The notes under the pieces: model-generated | Database searches by the model: none | Told to the model about the DNA's origin: nothing | Seen by the model: the letters and a program-made list of their open reading frames with translations, nothing else | Shown here: positions 36,401 to 49,462 of the stretch, in pieces | Layout of the letters: the number at the start of each line of letters is the position of its first letter | Position numbering within the stretch: the first letter of the stretch is position 1 | Assembly: GCA_051530055.1 (NCBI GenBank) | Contig: CM121341.1 | Coordinates: 2,136,638-2,200,637 of the forward strand | Length of the DNA: 64,000 bases | Source: Neoechinorhynchus agilis | Taxonomy: Eukaryota; Animalia; Acanthocephala | Direction: 5' to 3' | Position numbers and translations under genes: made by a program

Positions 36401-37300
36401 TTTTATTCTAAGTTAGGGGTTCCGCAGGGTTCACCGTCGTCCCCGACATTATTTCTAATTGGCATGATTGGTATTCTGAGGAAACTGAAGAAGTTATCCA
36501 GAGTGAGAATTTTATTTTATGCATATGATATTTTATTTTTTATTTTTCATAGGAAAAAGAAATTTTTATGTCGCATAGTGGATTCGGTGCTATATAAACT
36601 TGACAAGTGCTTAGAGGATGCGAATTTAAGCACTAATAGAAGAAAAACAACGCTTGTCCCTTTGACTGATTCCAATGTGGCTCATAAGCAGTTATATGCT
36701 AAATTTTTAGAGGATCCGCGCACTCAAATGATGAAGGTTTCAAGATGTTCTAAAGTGCTTGGGATAAACTTTCCTTCTACTAGAAGAAGAGTTGTCTTGA
36801 ACTCGGCTCTAAGATCTACATTTCTCAAAGTTGCAACAATTGTGAGAAGGATCAGGTGGTTGGGTGTGATGGTATATCGCACTGTGGAAATTATGAAGAC
36901 GATTTTGGCTGGCTCATTCTGTTTTTTTGGGAGAGGAAGGCTGCGTGAGTTGCGGATTGATTTTGGCGTCTGGTTTATCAAATGAGTATGGAAAGTTTTG
37001 AAGGATTTGGAAACATCAATAAGAGAATCGATGGAATCGTTTTTATGGCGTATTTTTATAACAAAGATCTGGGATTACCCACACGAGAATTGGAAAAGAT
37101 GTTCTATAAATGATGAACATACGTTAAACGAGATTGTGAGGCGACTGAAAAGACGAGACAGAGAGAAGGTGGATTCTTGGAAAAAGGAGAACGGACTCTG
37201 AATTTATATTATGAGAGCCATTTGTTATTTAGTATTTTTTGTTCGATTTAATTATTTGTCCGGAATCATACACGTACTCCTCTAACACTTTTTATTCTTT
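33479..37300 (+). mobile_element. 'LINE-B': near full-length APE-RT LINE, inactivated
   Basis: Coiled-coil ORF1 (34306-34643); APE motifs ISYNV, DVICFQET, IIVGDLN, FLDVF; RT motifs IRFISI, FHGFVPG, VDVNKAFDTI, GVPQGSPSSP, YAYD (degenerate YADD). Several stops and frameshifts. Confidence 0.9.
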
Positions 37301-38559
37301 TGGAATGCTACATATAAGCTAGACAAGGAGGGAGTTTTGTCTAAATAGGCTACTTCCTTCCTGATCTCGAGGTTCAGAGATCAGTAATTCATCGAAGCAG
37401 GAGTGAGGGTGTAGTATTAAAACTTTAATATAAGTGAATGTGTGTACGAATCACTAAATTATTATTATTGTTAAAACTCACGCCTCATACAATCACTAAA
37501 TAAATAAAGGCTGGCGTACTTTGTGCTGTATTTTTTAAACGGGTTTTACATTTTATTCAAAACATGCGATCGTTTTATGCATTTATCGCTGTCGTTATTC
37601 GTGATTATTTGAGTTTTGATTGGATCGTACATTGATCAGCGATCGCCATCCGTCGTAGCAAGAGCTTATCGGCATGTATTTTTGAAGTTTGAAAGATTTC
37701 TTGAATCACAAATTTTTCTTTAATTTCGGATTAATTTTCTTCTAAATTGTAGCAATGTGAAGATTTATATTTGCTATATTTCGCGTTGATAAAATCAAGA
37801 TTTTACTGTAGAATGTTTACTCATTTACGTCCGACTGCGTTGTTTCAGATATCTCTACCCGACGTTCATTTGGAGGAAATGCTGAAGTCTTTGAAGTAGG
37901 AAAAGAACATGTTTTCTCGGTAAAACTCATTGCGCTTAATATGTTCGTCCGTTCATTTAATCGCGCAATCTAATACCAACATTGAATATTACGATCTTGA
38001 CTTCTCATTAAAAATTTTACGATTATCTGCGATTAAGTACTTTTCCCTCCTGTCCAGCGAATTGTGACCAAAATATGAAGAAAGGATATCCGATTCCAGC
38101 CATTTTAAAATATTCAAATTTGATGGTGAAATATAATTTGCTTGGATCAAGGCACCAACACTCACAATGCTTGATGATTTTAATATGAAGGAAAATTTAG
38201 AGAATATTGAAAAATAGGACCTACAAAAATAGATGTTTCGGAAAAAATGCTCAAAAGTATCAAACCAATTTCAAATCTTATTGAACGAAACTTTACATTC
38301 TTAAAGCTACTTATCGGTGTTTTTAAACGGAATAAATTTTCATTTTTTGTTTCATGTTCTATAAGAGTCTTTAAAACTTTATAAATTTTGAAAAGTAGAC
38401 ATGTAGAAATAAATCGCAGATTCTATTTTTTCGACCGGAATCAGTCGCATGAAATTTTGTTTTTTTCTTTAATTTTAGGATTTGAATTTAAAATTTCAAA
38501 TCTTTGTCATGTTATAGCTTTCAATAATTGTTGAGTAAACAAAACTATTCTCGAAATTA

Positions 38560-39605
38560 CTTTTCTTTACATTCACCACCTCCCACCAAATTCCAGCTTT
38601 TGTCCTTCCTCGACCGTCGCCATCACGCTCTCAGCATTGCCTCGTTGTACCGCCAGCGAGATATTTTGTCAAAGGAATACGCCTGCTCTTGGGACTCCGG
38701 TTGTCTCTATCAATTTCTTCGAGAGATCCTGGAGCAGAGAGAGTGCCGAGCTGCCGAGCGCTCCATACGTCTCTACCCCAAAGGGGACAAAATAGTGAGC
38801 CCTCGATAGCTGCATATATTTTCGTACCTTCCTCCCTTCCGCTGCACTGGCGGCACCACCGGCGATTTCGAGGGAGTAGGGGATGTTGCTGGCTGCGAGG
38901 GTGTCCACACACGTGGCGTCCCAGAGAAGGCATTTGCCCTCCTGCCACGGGAAGACCGAAATTCCATCGGGCCTACGGCCGTCTAGTCTGCAGAGGTGGG
39001 CGGGTTCCAGGATGTTCGGGAAGTTCGCCGTTCTCAACGCCCGAGAAATTACGTTATTGATTTCAGAATGGCGTGAAAACCTTCCTGCTGACCTTCTGCA
39101 GACGAGACCGTGTCGCCCGAAAGCATCAACCAAAGACCCACATCGACAGCGATGGGGCGTGCATATCGGGAGACCGAGTCTTAAGGATACTGCGATCCTC
39201 GTCACCTCGTCAGTAAGAAGAGTTCCCACAGATGCCAGAGGAACAGCCTCCAACCACGCCCCAGATTCTCGTGTTGAAACTGCCAACAGTCTAGCTCGGA
39301 CGACCCCATCGCGAGAACCTGAAAGAAGAGAGCTGTGAGCTCTCGCGACAAGAGGTCCGTCCCAGATCGACTGTCTGAGGCCATTCACGGGAACTTGGTT
39401 AGCGCCTGTCTGCTGGCACCATTCCTCAACCGCCACCACGAAATCCCGGTCAAGACAAAACTTTTCTTTCAAAATGTTCTTCGAGATTGGTAGGCTCCCC
39501 TCAAACGATCCAAGAAAGGCCGGCAAAGCAAGGTCGACTAGTGCCCGAATTCCCAATCCCCCAGATGACACAGGCAAAGAAGCTTGTCGCCACGCCTCAT
39601 CTGAG
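38560..39605 (-). mobile_element. 5'-truncated CRE-clade element with well-preserved REL endonuclease
   Basis: WRQASLPVSSGGLGIR; CTPHRCRCG...HGLVC...RH; RPDG; WDATCVDT; AEGRKVRKY; PFGVETYG; premature TGA at 38669 before QNISLAVQRGNA. Confidence 0.9.
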
Positions 39606-40665
39606 CCTCCAAACGACATTAATCTCTTACCTTCTTGAAGGGTCGGTTTTCCGATTGCCTTCCAAACTGTGCGGTTGATCACGCCAACCTCTGCACCCGT
39701 GTCGAATTGAATTTTAATCTTCATCCCATTCAACAACACTTCGATTTCCGCTCTCTTTCCACTTCTATCCGATTGCACCATATCGACCTCGAATCGCTTG
39801 TCTCCATCATCATCATCAGTTTCAACCGCTGAAACTTGCCCCAACCTGTTGCATTTGTAGCATTTCACACCTGTGGCAGGACATCTCCTATCGACATGCT
39901 TATACCCACATTTTCGACACTTTGAACCATCATCTTTGTTTCTTGAGAATCTCCAACGCTGCTTAAATCCTCTTCTGAATGCTCTCTCATTTAATTTATA
40001 AACTTCTCCGACGATTTCACTTTTATTCGCAGGAAGCAATTTCTGCGCCTGTTCACTCGCCGCCATCATTCCCGCAATCCCCAGCGATTTCGATAAATCC
40101 ATATTCGGCATCTGCAGCAGTTCGGTGTCCAGCATTCGGGGTGTTCAATATCACGAGATCTTCTATTCTATCGTCTAAGGCCGTACTTTCATCGACGATC
40201 TTCTCAGAAAAAACCTGTAACCCCTGGCTGCTCCCCTTAACTCTGTTACCCATTCCGCGTGTGACTGATTGTCCCGCTTAGGCATCGAATTCAACTCATA
40301 TCGTGCCATAATTTCTGGTTTCTCATTTTCATAATGCTTTGCCAGTAGCTGGACAATCTCTTTGAAAGACTATGTTTCCATATCCCGAGCTGCTGTGTGT
40401 TTCTTTAGATTCTTAAAGGCTTCCGCACCCATCCATGCTAATATGCTCGATTTTTTACTTTTTTCCTCATAGACCCAATTGGATTTTAGATACTCTTCTA
40501 CTTGTTCGACGTATTCATGCCACTCTTGGCTTTCTTTATTATAACCATGGAACACTGGGATGGATCTTACCTCGATGCTTTTTTTCTCGTTGACCATCAA
40601 TTTTAAGAGATCATCACTTTCACCAGGTCCTTGATCTCCATCCCACCCTCGTCGCCACTTGATGC
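39605..40665 (-). mobile_element. Gypsy 5' part (PBS, gag, protease N-half) interrupted by the CRE element
   Basis: TGGCGACGAGGGTGGGATG at ~40660, identical to the PBS region at ~12989; gag WHEYVEQVEEYL...SILAWMG; knuckle CRKCGYKHVDRRC; protease QFDTGAEVGVI. Confidence 0.88.
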
Positions 40666-40759
40666 CGGCATGCTTCTACTAACTCTAGAGAAATTTATAC
40701 GTGGTAGAGGCAGTCGATTGCGATGCTACTAAAAATAGGACCGGGGAAGATGGTGTTCC

Positions 40760-41285
40760 TTGTGGGACACCATTGATCGGGTAAAAAACAAGACGACCCT
40801 TCACCATCTCAGGGACTGTCAATATGCTGATGACAACGCAGTCCTGAAGCCCTCCCAGGAATCCCTCCAAAGGATATCCGATGCATATATTGATGGCTAT
40901 GAACGCTTCGGCCTTAGCGTATCGATTAAGAAGACCAAAACATTGGCCCAACCTGTATCTGGCCAGCAAGAACGACAAACGTGCAAGATTCAAATACACG
41001 GACAGAAGGTCGAATTAGTGCACCAATTCGTGTATCTTCGAGAGGTGATGCTACAATTCAAGCCGAAGTCCTGAGCCGAATCACGGAAAGCTCTATCGAA
41101 GGGTCTTCAAATGCAGGGACATCAAAGTAGGAACAAAAATGCTGGTCTACCGAGTCGTCGTTGTATCCACACTTCTATACGGCTGCGAGACATGGACCCT
41201 GTATAGATCAGATCTCAAGAAGCTGAAAGATTCCATCAATCGAAACTGAGATCCATCCTTGGTATCAAATGGGAGGACAGAAACG
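40760..41285 (+). mobile_element. RTE-clade LINE RT fragment
   Basis: LRDCQYADDNAV...FGLSVSIKKTK; KMLVYRVVVVSTLLYGCETWTLY...LRSILGIKWED. Confidence 0.85.
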
Positions 41286-41819
41286 GGGATAAACGCTTAA
41301 AGATCCGCTGATGGTCTGCTAAATGAAGATTATAGTTGCATGTCCAGTATTTCCGCTTCCAAATACGCTTAGAAACGCCATCATGTAAAAACGTGGCTTT
41401 CTTAGCCTGGACCGCACAATATCGCAATTAGAAGTTATCCTACCGGCTACTGAGTAGCTCGGCACAGAAAAAAAATAAATCTGACATTTTAGAAATTAGA
41501 TAATTCCATTCCGGTAGGATACTATAATTCGACATCGAACGCTTGATTGCATAATTAAAGAAGGCTACATTCAGGGGGAGAGACTCGATATTTCCGTGAT
41601 AGAGGTCGTCCGTAATGTTCCAAGTGAGGGGTCCATTTACCGGACGTTACAAATCCTAGATAATCGATCAGACTTGCGCAAAAACACTTTGGTGTGTGCA
41701 ATGGATGCACTCACTTTTTATGTTGAATTTTCTGGAGTTAATGAATGGCATCTTAACTAAAACTCACGTGTGTATGGTCTGAGTGTAAATAAATAAATAT
41801 ATTTGGCAAATAAAGCCTC

Positions 41820-42505
41820 GTTAAGGTTATCGCAAAAAACTACCAAAATAAAGTATCTTTTCTCCCGATCAAAAATTGAGAACTGCGTCTTCAAGACTAC
41901 GGCATCCTCGGTTGCTGGTAGTGAAATGGCGGAGAATAACTAAAACCTTGAAGGAAAGTTTAACTTTGATTCGTATATCGCAAAAGTTGCCTGGGACAAT
42001 GAACTATGTTTTAATGAAATTCTAGGGATCCTTTGATTAGTATGCAGCAAGGAAAACTAACGAAATTTTATTGGTGTCAAAACTATTCCAAATCATACCA
42101 GCTAATGAATCTAAAATTACTGGAGCCAAGGTCTCATCGCGTTAAATCGGATCCAATCTCTTTGATGCAATATTGAATCTATATTCGACATTATGCAATT
42201 GTGTGAATTTTTCCAATATTTATGAGATCGATAAATTTTCCTGTAACTGTTCCGATATCTTCGATTATTAAGAGGAGTCTTTTGCGCATTTCCTTTCGCA
42301 TCCTTAAATATCTTTGAACTGCCTATGAATGTTGTAGTTTCTGAATAGTCAACTATGGAGTTGCTGGACGGTTCGGAGACAGCAGTCGTTTCTTTTTTAT
42401 CCACGATTTCGATTGTTTCTAATGCGCCAGACACAGCCTTGCCAAGTTTTGATGCTGTGGCGTTACTTTCTTTTTCAACGACATGAATTTTAGTTGGAAG
42501 CTCCG
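41820..42505 (-). pseudogene. Gene A copy 2 (3' half only)
   Basis: Matches ~4060-4805; truncated at ~42505, no start or hydrophobic N-terminus. Confidence 0.75.
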
Positions 42506-42770
42506 TTAGTCAATCTTCGATGCTCCGGATCTTTTTTCGATTATTAATACAAGTAAATCCTGCCAATTCTCACCCGCGATGTCTCATCAGAAACAACTGA
42601 AAACATTTCAAACTGGTTTGCCTTAGTCTTTAGTTAAAGCAGAAGATCGCTTCCAAAATCTTATACTCGTCTTGGCTAACAATTTCAGTTACACTCTTCT
42701 TCTCCGGGCAGCACGTTTTCATACACCCTCCTTCAGAGAAGAGTTTGACTTAATTGGTCAATATATGAGC

Positions 42771-44513
42771 ATTCACCTTGAATTTAGAAAAAATATATAA
42801 AAATTCTCTCAGTAATTTACTTTCATATTTAGTGTTTCTTTTAAGAGCTTCAAAGCTTTAAAGAATAAAGAAGGGACATTTAATAAGGCTTTTCGAACGC
42901 TTTAAAATTTGCTGATTTACTTCGCATTTAAGACAACAAAACTTTAGCTAAAGAGACACAAACGCATTAGATAGTTAAAATCCAAAATAACCTAAGGATA
43001 CTTCTTAACCTGACTAAGATTGTGTTTAATACTACCTACTAAAAAAACAAATGGAGCAATACTAAAAGTAAAAAAATAAACTAATTCATTCCTTCTTGTT
43101 CATCAGACATTCCATCAGTGATGTCGTCATCATCAGACGAGATGTCTTTCACAAAAGTCTCATTCAGAACATGGTTAGACGAAGATCGAGCACTCTGGTC
43201 TATTCCACAATTCCGCCTATATTTGATGTCCTTTATCAAGGTTCTGAGCTGACGAACCATTTGACGTGATTCTCGGAGCGCTTGTTCAGTCTCTTTGATT
43301 TCCATGTATAGCATTCGGTTCCGTTCACGCATTTCATCAGTCTCATGCTCGTCTCCGTTAGGCTTGATTATTGATTCAATTTCCAACTGAAATATGCGTT
43401 TTAAGGCTAAAACTCTAAAAAGTACAAACCTCGCCTAATGAATCTTCGCTTGTACTATCCAATTCCTCGTCCGTGATTATTTTTGACATTCTGAAATTAA
43501 CTTTATTGTTTCAAAACAAACAACCTTTTTACATTAAAACTTTTTTAATATCAAAGCGCTCAAAGTTCCGATTAGAAAATCGAATCCATTGCCTTGAGGA
43601 TCTACAATAAACTTTTCTAAAATCGCTGATTCTCTCATAAAAATAGCTGGCTGTACGGGTAGAAATTTTTTTTAAATTATTTACTTATTTTGTTATCAGT
43701 GAACACATTTAATTATTTATAAAACTTCCGATAAAAACGGCGAAACCTCTTTGTCCTCCGTTGTCTCTAGGATCGTTCATTAACTTAATCGCTGATTCTT
43801 CGATAAAAATAGTTGGTTGCACGGGTTCCCTTCTTGTTGTTACGGCCAACAATTTTTAAAAACATTGATTAAAAATTCTGTTTGGTCAGACGGCACCAAT
43901 TGTCTCAATAACGAGATATTTTTAAAAATGTAGAGCAAGACGGATCGAGGCGTCTCTATTTCTCCCTTTTTCGCCACTTCACCGGTTCCTGAAAGTGTTT
44001 GTCACAAATATGAAAAAAGAGAGAGCATTTTCCGTTAGATTTGATAGTATATCTTTGTAGTTTGATGCCGAAATGAACCTTAGACTTCAAACTAAATATC
44101 GATCTCTTATAAACTTAAGTGCTAGGAAATATCTACACTCGTTAACACTTACTTTAGATTGATTAACTTAAAAAGATGAATATTTGATTAGAAGTTGAAT
44201 AGCCGTATCCAAGATACAAATAGATATTGCGATTTGAATTAGAGATTGAATAGCATTTTAATACCAGAATAAAGCCTCAAAAATACAGTTCTCAACATTT
44301 TACCACTTGAAGATTTGTTGTGAAAAATCACACAAACATATCTTCTTGGCGAAATTCTTAAAGTCATTAGAAAACGAAAATGTCGATATTTGAGGTACAA
44401 GGGAGTGTGATTGGAATTATTGTTTAGGTCTACACCCAGTAAATGATCATTTATTAAAGACGTTTCGAACCTCGTCGGGCTCATCATCAGTTCTAAAATG
44501 CAAGTGGATAAGT
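42771..44513. repeat. Inverted duplication arm of 6574-8310
   Basis: Reverse-complement match; contains the gene B copy. Confidence 0.9.
43081..43489 (-). CDS. Gene B copy 2 (2 exons)
   Basis: Same exon/intron structure as 7591-7999; exon-2 translation identical in the ORF track. Confidence 0.7.
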
Positions 44514-45355
44514 GTCCTCTGCAACTTTTGCGATATACGAATTAAAGTTTAACTTTACTTCGAGGTTTTAGTTATTATAAATTAAACCAACGTAAAATAT
44601 CCTTTAATAGTCCCCGCCAGTTCACAACCGGCAACCGACGATGCCGCAATCTTGAAGACGCAGTTCTCAGTTTTTGATTTATCGATCAATATATTTAATG
44701 TTTTGGAAGCAACAAGATCCGGAAACAGAGGCCTTATGATCATCTTAAAAACAGGATTGTGTCTCATATATGTTCCAATCGGTCGTAGAGAATCAATGTT
44801 TCTGTATGATGTTTCCAAAGGACGACAAAGTCCGTGGTGTCACCGTACCGACCTGCGATCTGACCGTAACGAGAAAAAGGAGCGCGCTCGAGACTGAGTT
44901 CTTCACTAAAAGATTGAATTACTGCCAGAATAAAGATACTGTTAAATCAATACCATCATTAGCGAATCGATAAAGGCACTCAGAAGATTTAGAGGCGATA
45001 AAGAGTCTTGAGGTTACTATATTATATTTAAACAAATAAACAAAATTATCATAAAGAAAATTTTAGCACGTATTGCTATACACCGCAAATGCTCCATCGA
45101 TTTATCAAGTTCTTTTAATGTCGGGGAGTGTAAAAGCTACCCAAAGACAGTCTCTTTTCCCCGAAGATAATAATCAAAAACATTAAATATATTGATCGAC
45201 CACTTTGATTTGTATATCGCAAAAGTTGCCTAGGACAAAGAAATTTGTTTTAATGAAATTCTATAGACACTTTGATTAGTATGCAGCAAGGAAAACTAAC
45301 GAAATTTTATTGGTGTCAAAACTATTCCAAATCATACCAGCTAATGAATATAAAA

Positions 45356-46099
45356 TTACTGGAGCCAAGGTCTCATCGCGTTAAATCGCATCCAATCTCT
45401 TTGATGCAATATCGAATCTATATTCGACATTATGTAATTGTATGAATTTTTCCAAAATTGAGGAGGTCGAATTATTTTCCTGTAATTGTTCTGATATTTT
45501 CCATTATTAAGAGGAGTCTTTTGCGCATTTCCTTTCGCATCCTTAAATATCTTTGAACTGCCTATCAGTGTTGTAGTTTCTGAAGAGTCAACTTTGGAGT
45601 TGCTGGACGGTTCGGAGACAGCAGTCGTTTCTTTTTTATCAACGATTTCGATTGTTTCTAATGTGAGAGGCAGATATTTACCAAGTTTTGGTGATGTGGC
45701 GTTACTTTCTTTTTCAACGACATGAATTTTAGTTGGAAGTTCCGTTGACTCGATCGCGGCCGTTTCGCTCATAGACTCGGGCTTGACATCCTCTTTGGTG
45801 TCCTCGGCGACGGCATCCTTTTCTCCGTCGTTCTGAGACTTGAGTTCGGTTGATTCGATTGTTTCCATTTCGCTCCCAGATTCGGACTTGACGTCCTCTT
45901 TGGTGTCCTCGGCGACGGCATCGGTTTCTCCTTTAGTTTCATCTGGGGTGGTGGTATCCATTCGTTGAATCTCTTTCTCAATAACGATGTCTCCATCCAT
46001 TTTTTCAGTACTGCTGATTGGAATCGAGGCGTAGCATCGGTTTTTGGCCGAAAAAGTTGCAAAGCTACAGATCAGTAGTACGGCGCTGATAAACTTCAT
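45356..46099 (-). CDS. Gene A copy 3 (intact ORF, 247 aa)
   Basis: Paralog of 4416-5156 with scattered substitutions (e.g. LGKYLPLTLE vs LGKAVPGTLE). An upstream in-frame exon is possible via a 37-nt GT-AG intron ending TTTTAG at ~46124. Confidence 0.65.
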   Translation of the reverse strand: MKFISAVLLICSFATFSAKNRCYASIPISSTEKMDGDIVIEKEIQRMDTTTPDETKGETDAVAEDTKEDVKSESGSEMETIESTELKSQNDGEKDAVAEDTKEDVKPESMSETAAIESTELPTKIHVVEKESNATSPKLGKYLPLTLETIEIVDKKETTAVSEPSSNSKVDSSETTTLIGSSKIFKDAKGNAQKTPLNNGKYQNNYRKIIRPPQFWKNSYNYIMSNIDSILHQRDWMRFNAMRPWLQ

Positions 46100-46589
46100 C
46101 GGAGTGAAGGTTGAAAGGATACACTAAAATGGAGGTACAGCTCGAACTTACCTACTTTACGGGATGCGCAAGCGATTTCGAAATGTTATTAAACACTTGA
46201 ACAATATTGACGTCTTCAGCGGAATTACTGTTTACGTTTGTGGTTTGTTTACATAAACTCATTGTTGACATTTGCGATTCAGGAATGACATTCTTGGAAT
46301 AAAAAAGGAGCACGATTTCACTCCAATTAAATATCTTTCTAAATGAGATTTGCCGCTATTTGCTTTGTTTTTTTAAAGTCCACGCCACCTCGTGCCTTTA
46401 TCAAGGTTGCTTGTTAGTTTTTAAATATGTGAGTTCGAACTTTTCTTCGCCACAAAACAACCAATATGAACAGTTCAAACTTCAAAGACTTCTTCGTTTC
46501 TCATTCCAAAAATTTCTGCTCCAATATCTCGTATTTACCCATTTGTTCAAACTGTGGAATCGCGCATGAGGCGTATAAAAGATTTTGCT

Positions 46590-46830
46590 CGGCTAGCCGA
46601 ATATCCGCGAGTATTTAAGATGGATGGAGGTGCGATTAAGATGTGGAAGTTTGTTTGAATGTTAGAGCGGAAGCGGAGCCCAGAAAGTGGTCAGCTAGAC
46701 GAAAGTGAAATTGAACGATTATTGGAGCAAGGGATCATCACTCCAGTAAAAACAGAAGACAACATCGAGTGGAATGCTCCATTAGTAGTTGTGCTTAAGG
46801 CGAATGGACGTTTAAGACTGATTATCGCTC
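46590..46830 (+). mobile_element. Gypsy RT N-terminal fragment
   Basis: EIERLLEQGIITPV...EWNAPLVVVLKANGRLRL. Confidence 0.8.
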
Positions 46831-46859
46831 CGACAAATCAGCCCATAGTTGAGAAGTGA

Positions 46860-48400
46860 ATTGGGTTCCACGGTCCGAGGCTGTTTATCTCGTGATGTCA
46901 AAACGGGAGAGATTAAAGTTCGAGAGCATGAAAGCGAGTCGGTCTTTACGAGAGGGATAGCTTCTGGCCACCGTGTGAATCGTTCCATTGTCGTTAGCAG
47001 GTGAGTGATCCCTAGAGACGGTAGAAGATGGCCTACAATGTTCACGATTATGTGGTCGAATTATTCGGGCGATACATCGAACTTCTCAAGTGGAACTTCT
47101 TTAATGTGGCGCTCGAACTTAACTTTCTAGCCGAAGATACATGTTTTAGCCTAATCGATCACATCTTTCGCGAGATTGTGCCACTCGAATTTGTTTTCGA
47201 CCAACTGGCGGGTAGCTTTATGCCTGGGTGGGATAGTTCGTGAACTGCATCAAAAACACGGCGACACCACGGACTTTGTCGTCCTTTGGAAACATCATAC
47301 AGAAACATTGATTCTCCACGACCGATTGGAACATATATGAGACACAATCCTGTTTTTAAGATGATCATAAGGCCTCTGTTTCCGGATCTTGTTGCTGTGA
47401 TCGAGACATCACCTCAAAAAAGATGCCCTCGGCAACGCTAGCCAGTATTGCCCTTGAAAGTGCATTGGCCATTTGAATGCTCCGTCCACTTACATGCTCA
47501 ATGTTCGTGGTAAACTCCGAGATAAGGCTTAAATGCCTTTGTTGTCGGGCTAATCAAGGATCCGTGACTCTGGTTATCGCGAAAATCAGTGGCTGGTGAT
47601 CAATGAATACTGCTAACAGTCGTCCTTCCACAGCATAGCGAAAATGTCTGATCGCAAGATAAATCTATAGCAGTTCTCGATCAAATGTGCTGTACTTTTG
47701 CTCAGGTATCCCGGAGATGGTCGGACTCGTTGTGACTTGCGACGAGGATATCTTCGAATTAGACAAAGACGAGGCCGGAGCAGACATCATCTACTAGCCC
47801 TTGGAAGTTTTGTGCGACATTTTTGAGGCAGATGGGCATTCGTACAAACCCAAATAAACCGGAAGGCGTTATGATAGGTGGCTTAGGAGCCACGAACCAC
47901 ATCGACCTTCGAGGAAGTCCTGAATGTGAGGGACTGGATACCTGTCGGGAATCGTGGTTTCGTTCAAGCGACGATAATCACCGCACGGCCTCCATCCGCC
48001 ATCTTATTTCTGAACAACATGAAGAGGAGACGCTGACCGACTGTAAGACTGTCGAACTATTCAACGCGATTCCATGTTTTGGAACTCTGATCGATCTCAG
48101 GAGGGCGAGGTAGCTGAGCATCCTGTCCACCAACTCCGATGACTTGGAGTCCTTGAGTTCCCCTATGCGGACGATGCCACTTGCACGTTCGTGCTCATCG
48201 AGAATATATCCAAGGGGCGACTCTTCAGCGCTTCGTATTTGTCTTGTCGAGGTGGAGTTTCGAAGAAATCCACTGTGATATTCCGGAGAGTGAATTTAGC
48301 TTCGGTCTGGGCGAACCAAACGCAATATTGATGAGTCCAGAATGGAAGTGACTTCAGGCTCATTTTGAGCAACTTTTTAAGTTTGGACGATATCTTTTTA
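46860..48400 (-). mobile_element. Decayed Gypsy element (gag, RNase H, integrase pieces)
   Basis: gag PFW...WFAQTEAKFTLRNIT; RNase H KYSTFDRELL.IYLAIRHFRY...DHQPL...RQQRHL..ISEF; integrase VHELSHPGIK...KFEWHN, TRWPEAIPL. 47265-47400 recurs inverted at 44715-44850. Confidence 0.85.
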
Positions 48401-49080
48401 TTGGGGGATTTCAATGATCCCTCCGGAAAATGGACAAAAGTCGTTGCTAATATAGATTACACTCACATGTTTGTATCCCTTACTCAACCTACTTTTCATT
48501 GCATTTCAAATAATGTACATTTTATAGTTGGACGGATGTTTGGTTCCCGCCGACCGGCAAGATAATCTTTGTATTGTCAAGCATTTTGCATTAGTGGATA
48601 TGATAACATGGTGTATTTCAAATGACTCGCCCTTATCTCGTAAATTCCGTTTTCCCTGGTGTTCACTACACTAGTATCGGAGCTTATAGGACTGAAATTC
48701 TTGACTTTTTATAATCCCAAATACGTTTCTCTCTGTTCCGAATTATTCACGTCCGGGGAAATTTCCATAAACTATATTAGGAATTGTGCGTCTCAAATCC
48801 GAAACACCAACTTACAACAGGAAGTTTATATGAAGAGGCCATGAGCTGATAAATATTGCACCGGCAATTACAACCTATATTTGGCATTTCATCGTAAAGT
48901 AATACTGAATCTCTCACCTTCAATGAAATCCTTCTGGTGCATTCTGAAGAGAACAAAGTTTATTAAATGGAAGTTTAGGTCCTCGTCTTCCAATCTAGTC
49001 TTGGAGGAAATAATTCGGAAGCTAACTTCTGATGTTGGCAGTCGTGGTTTCGTTCAAGGATCGTTCCTGGTCTTATAGCA
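48365..49080 (+). mobile_element. Highly decayed APE-RT LINE relic
   Basis: IFLLGDFNDP, QPTF and a GFVQGS.L.L remnant of GVPQGS. Confidence 0.4.
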
Positions 49081-49462
49081 GGGTCATAATTAGTGAAATC
49101 AAATGACTTTCTCAGTTGCATGAAACACATCCACTACGAGAGATGAATCTCTTTGAGGCCTGCGCCCCTTGGGATTCTTTTCAGAACGTTCCTAAGCAGA
49201 ACGCTAGCACAATATTCCTAACAAATGAAATTTAATTTTTTATATTGTTCATGTTGGTTTGAGCGATGGGTTTACATTATCAATGGATTTCGGGGATGAA
49301 CCAGAACTGCCGAAGCATGATTTACAGCGTCTATGGACCATAAGAACTCTTGTTTTGGTCAGGGAAAAAATCACAAAATCTTGTTGTATCCTTTGCTAAC
49401 GAAGTGACACATTGATTATTTTCTCCTCGCTTATCTCGTTTTGGGGAAAAACATTAAATATT

